64,000 nucleotides of DNA from Anthoceros angustus (Eukaryota; Plantae; Anthocerotophyta), in assembly GCA_010909165.1 (NCBI GenBank), contig VJWM01000108.1, positions 248,001-312,000 on the forward strand. The letters are read 5' to 3'. Within the stretch, counting starts at the first letter, position 1; every line of letters begins with the position of its first letter. The translations under genes were made by a program, and so were the position numbers. Positions 59,905 through 64,000 of this stretch are shown in pieces. The notes under the pieces were generated by a model. That model saw only the letters and a list, made by a program, of their open reading frames with translations, was not told the DNA's origin and did no database searches.

Positions 59905-62301
59905 TTCGACTGTGAAGGGATTTCGATCCCGCGTCTCTCCGAACGCTCTCGGGCGATTATGCGCGACCACCCGGCTGTCTGCCAAGGATGATGGCCCGGT
60001 TTAAGAAGCCTGGAATATTATGCACGATGCGCGTTTGTTTGTGCCCTACCCACCGCAGGAGGCAGCAGGAGGACAAATATATAGCGTTCCTGCGCTAAAC
60101 CCTCGAGGAAGAGCTTTCTCCTTCTTGGAAGCATTCATCAGCGAGGGCTAGCGGGCTTCACACGCGGAGCGGCGCCGACATGGGCCGCCTGCAACCCTGG
60201 CGTCGATCCTGGCGGCTGCTCCAGCAGCGCACGCATTCTGCCCCTGCGCCCTGGCCTCCCGCGCAATGCAATTCCGGGCAAGTCGGCTCGGTGGGTTGGG
60301 CTGGGTTTCATGTATGATCTGGCTGTGGGATTTGTTTTCTGGGTTAGCTGGGGTGGGTGGAATTTGCGGATGTGGCCGGAGATGATGGTGTGTGGGGAAT
60401 TGGAGGAGATTTGACGGTGTTGCATCATGTGACCTGTGCAGGGGGATTGACGGAGTGGAAGGATGGATTCCGGGAAGCAGAGGGACGGTCCCTGTGGGAT
60501 TTTGCCGGCCCAGGTGCGAGCTTTGGGTCGAATGCCCAGCGCAACATGGCTTGTGGTAATTTGTCTCGACAGGGAGGAGGAAATGGGAGGCGGTGCGATT
60601 TCGTCTGAAATGCTGCTCTGGAATGGTGTGGCCTCACATGACCTGATTGTCTACGTTGTGGGCCAGGCTCTGCAGGGCCAAGATGGCCTTCCATGGTGTC
60701 AAGCTCCTCCCCGCTGCTCCGCCAGCCTCACAGCAGCGGCGATCAGATCAGGCGTGAAGAACTCCTCAACCTGCATCCCGGCGTCCGCCAGATCTCCAAC
60801 CAGCTGCACGCACTTCCTCCGCAGCCTCATCCCCTTCCCCGTCCCCGATGACGCTGCAGCAACCTGGCGCCGCCGAGGCGGCTGAATCCTTCCTGCCCCT
60901 GCGGCAAGTCCTGCACCAACGCAGCCACGGCGAAGAGCGCCTTCCCGCCTCCTCCTCCCGCCTTCCTCCACCAGCCGCATCAGCCTCGGCAGCGCCCCGG
61001 CCTCCAGCACCTCCTCCTGCACCTTTGCGTTGTTCTGCACCGCCGTGCCAAGCACCCAGGCCACCATCGCCTGCACCTCCGCCTCCTCCCCCGCCAGCCC
61101 CGCCACCAGAGCCTCCACTCCCCATCCCTCCCAGCGCGTTCGCGTTCCCCGTCTCCTCCACCAAAAGCAGCAGCTCCTGTAGCCCGAACATCCGCTCCTC
61201 CAGCCCCTCCTTCCTGAGCTCGGCTATGGCGGCCCGCATCAGCTCCGCGTCCGATTCCTTCTCCAGGCTGTCCAGCACCTCCCGGATCCCCGCCTGCGCC
61301 TCCCCGCACCGCTCCGACCCCGCGGCTGCCTCCTCCGCAACGTCCTCAGCTTGCCCGCGTCCGCGTGCCCGATGGCCCAATGCAACATGGCCTCCATGGA
61401 TCCGAATCCGCCATCTTCTACCTCCCAAGGCACCCCGTCTCGTTCCCATCCTCCCCGATTCCGCAGGGCTGCCAAGCCCACAGCAGCACCACCACCACCA
61501 ACAACAACATCACGGATCTTGCCATTTCGACTGTGAAGGGATTTCGATCCCGCGTCTCTCCGAACGCTCTCGGGCGATTATGCGCGACCACCCGGCTGTC
61601 TGCCAAGGATGATGGCCCGGTTTAAGAAGCCTGGAATATTATGCACGATGCGCGTTTGTTTGTGCCCTACCCACCGCAGGAGGCAGCAGGAGGACAAATA
61701 TATAGCGTTCCTGCGCTAAACCCTCGAGGAAGAGCTTTCTCCTTCTTGGGAAGCATTCATCAGCGAGGGCTAGCGGGCTTCACACGCGGAGCGGCGCCGA
61801 CATGGGCCGCCTGCAACCCTGGCGTCGATCCTGGCGGCTGCTCCAGCAGCGCACGCATTCTGCCCTGCGCCCTGGCCTCCCCGCGCAATGCAATTCCGGG
61901 CAAGTCGGCTCGGTGGGTTGGGCTGGGTTTCATGTATGATCTGGCTGTGGGGATTTGTTTTCTGGGTTAGCTGGGGTGGGTGGAATTTGCGGATGTGGCC
62001 GGAGATGATGGTGTGTGTGGGGGAATTGGAGGAGATTTGACGGTGTTGCATCATGTGACCTGTGCAGGGGGGGATTGACGGAGTGGAAGGATGGATTCCG
62101 GGGAAGCAGAGGGGACGGTCCCTGTGGGATTTTGCCGGCCCAGGTGCGAGCTTTGGGTCGAATGCCCAGCGCAACATGGCTTGTGGTAATTTGTCTCGAC
62201 AGGGAGGAGGGGAAATGGGAGGCGGTGCGATTTCGTCTGAAATGCTGCTCTGGAATGGTGTGGCCTCACATGACCTGATTGTCTACGTTGTGGGCCAGGC
62301 T
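59027..62301. repeat. Tandem duplication D (59027-60669 and 60661-62301) covering the SIL1 5' part, the shared promoter and the first exon of DnaJ
   Basis: Near-identical copies differing by homopolymer indels; the junction sits on the 9-bp microhomology GGCCAGGCT. Confidence 0.95.
60661..61525 (-). pseudogene. 3'-truncated second copy of SIL1-like (product of duplication D)
   Basis: Same start MARSVMLLL at 61525; the copy stops at LQSLA and has several frameshifts. Confidence 0.75.
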
Positions 62302-64000
62302 GCAGTTACGGATTGGAGAGCTTGGCGGGCCATGGCAGACGGGTGGATGGGTGTGGTGGTGGCAGCAGGGGGTTTCATGCAACAGGTTTCGTTCTGAGCA
62401 AGTGGTGGGATTGGTTGTGTTTTTTCCTTTGTGGTGGATAATGATGCGTAGCGGTTCGCCGGGCATGCAGGTCTGAATTCCAAGCCTAGGGACTACTATG
62501 AGGTCCTTGGTGTGGAGAAGGGAGCTAGTGCATCAGATATTAAGAAGGCTTACTACGCGGTAGTCACGTGTTTGACGGCTTTGTGCGGTTGGATGATGTG
62601 CTTCAGCTTCACAGCTTTGTGAACCTGAGCCATGGTTCTGGGTGCTTGTGCCTCTTTACTGCTCTCACATCGCGGCTGCCATTGTAGCTGGCGAAGAAAT
62701 ACCACCCGGATACAAACAAGGAGGATCCAAACACAGCAAAGAAGTTTCAAGAGGTCCAGAAGGCTTATGAGGCAAGTCCTGGTGTAGTGCTCACTGAATT
62801 CCAAAATGCGGGCCCACTAGAGTTGTTCCTAACTTTGCTCTGTGCATTTTCCGTTTGCAGGTGTTGAAAGATGAGGAGAAGCGTGCAATGTATGATCAGG
62901 TCAGCATCCTTTCTCGTGAACAGTGGTTCTTCTGAAAGCCTTACTGTCAGTTTCAGGACGTCCGTTTTTCAGGCTCTCAGGTCCTCCATGTTGGCTATTG
63001 CAGGTCGGGCCAGAGAGTTTCGAACAAGCTGCTGCAAACGGTGGTTTTCGACCTGGTGGACCCACTGCAGATTGGTCCGACATGTTTAATTCTTCGATGG
63101 GGGAGGTGTGCCTTCCGTCTGTCCCTGGTTATTTACTTCCATTGGGCCGATTCTGGAGCTTGCTGTGGAATGTGGCCAAGTTTGATGCGTGCATTGTGTG
63201 GCAGATTTTTGGTGGGATATTTGGTGGAAGAGACGGACCCAGACACAGTGTGGTGAGTTTCTATTTTGTTGTATAATAAGCATGCCTCAATTCCTGCTCC
63301 CTTCTGCTGATCTGTGAAACTGAACATTCATATGGCTGCTTGACTGTCAGGTTAATCTTCAGCTATCATTTATGGAGGCTGTTCATGGTGTACGGAAAAA
63401 AGTCACATTTGTGGCAGCCCAACGATGTGAAGCGTGTAGTAAGTTACATATGCGCTCCTCACAAGTCTCTGTCAGCCTATGTTCTCTAACAAAAAGCCTG
63501 TTCAAATTTCTCAACAATGTGCACGCCCTTTCCAGAGGGATCTGGACTGCCTCCAGGAGTAAAGCCTCAAACCTGCCGACAGTGCAGGGGAACTGGAAAG
63601 GTAGTAGGCTGCCTCTGGAGCACTTCTCTTAGTAGCATGCCCTATGGCTTCTGCTGACAGTAATGTCTGTTCCCAGATACATGCGCAACATCCCTTCTTC
63701 TCGTTTGAGGTGGGCTGTACAGCTTGTGGCGGCACAGGTAACCATGTAAAGGTGAGCGCCAATTTCGAGTTTAAGTAATTTCGCACATCTCAGCAAGCTT
63801 TTGGGTGCTGGCGTGACATGCCTCGTATTTTTTGAAATCCAGGAGCAGTGTCCCACTTGCCGAGGAGCAGGAACTGTGAGAGCTACAAAAGAAGTGGAAG
63901 TGGTCATTCCAGCTGGTATTCCACTTTTGAACTATCATTGCTTGCAAAAATTCATATGCCGGCTGTCAAATCGTAGAGTCTGCTTGTCTCATTGATTTCG
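61802..64000 (+). CDS. Type I DnaJ/Hsp40, mitochondrial GFA2-like; multi-exon, continues beyond the window
   Basis: Presequence-like [17 protein letters not shown], then GFHAT|[30 protein letters not shown]|[11 protein letters not shown] (HPD motif), a G/F-rich region, LSFMEAVHG and CxxCxGxG repeats ([24 protein letters not shown]). The first intron boundaries are uncertain. Confidence 0.88.

Noticed and set aside
58827-60004. 362- and 385-aa Pro/Ser-rich plus-strand ORFs
   Set aside because: Antisense shadows of the very GC-rich SIL1-like CDS.
60100-60135. Heat-shock element in the SIL1/DnaJ promoter (TTCTTGGAAGCATTC)
   Set aside because: The TTC/GAA units are spaced by 3 nt rather than the canonical 2 nt.

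Overview
This is eukaryotic nuclear DNA from a compact, GC-rich, gene-dense land-plant genome with mostly 80-100 bp GT-AG introns. A PLS-class PPR with a DYW:KP (reverse, U-to-C type) deaminase domain points to a hornwort, fern or lycophyte; the gene density fits a hornwort (Anthoceros-like) best, but this is inference. From 1-9 kb there is TE debris, including a 3.9-kb Ty1/Copia element with both LTRs but a deleted RT core. From 9-33 kb lies a gene block: aldo-keto reductase, an Arg-rich histone H2B variant, a small conserved gene, MSH4 head-to-head with FANCE, FKBP12, UEV1/MMS2, a GT8 glycosyltransferase, and two head-to-head PPR editing factors, one carrying an N-terminal OSB-type PDF motif. 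From 33-50 kb there is a degenerate TE island: a ParB-like ORF remnant, a DUF7869/Sola-like transposase, a CRE-like non-LTR 3' end, a possible LTR remnant and two tandem duplications. From 50-64 kb is a second gene block: an orphan membrane protein, a broken RPB9-like gene, SNF4-like, HISN3, and SIL1-like head-to-head with a mitochondrial-type DnaJ. Four 0.95-1.7 kb tandem duplications have indel-rich copies and short junction homologies, and single-base homopolymer frameshifts are common. Both suggest an imperfectly polished long-read assembly, so frameshift and pseudogene calls are provisional. Exon structures were assembled by eye and no database search was run.
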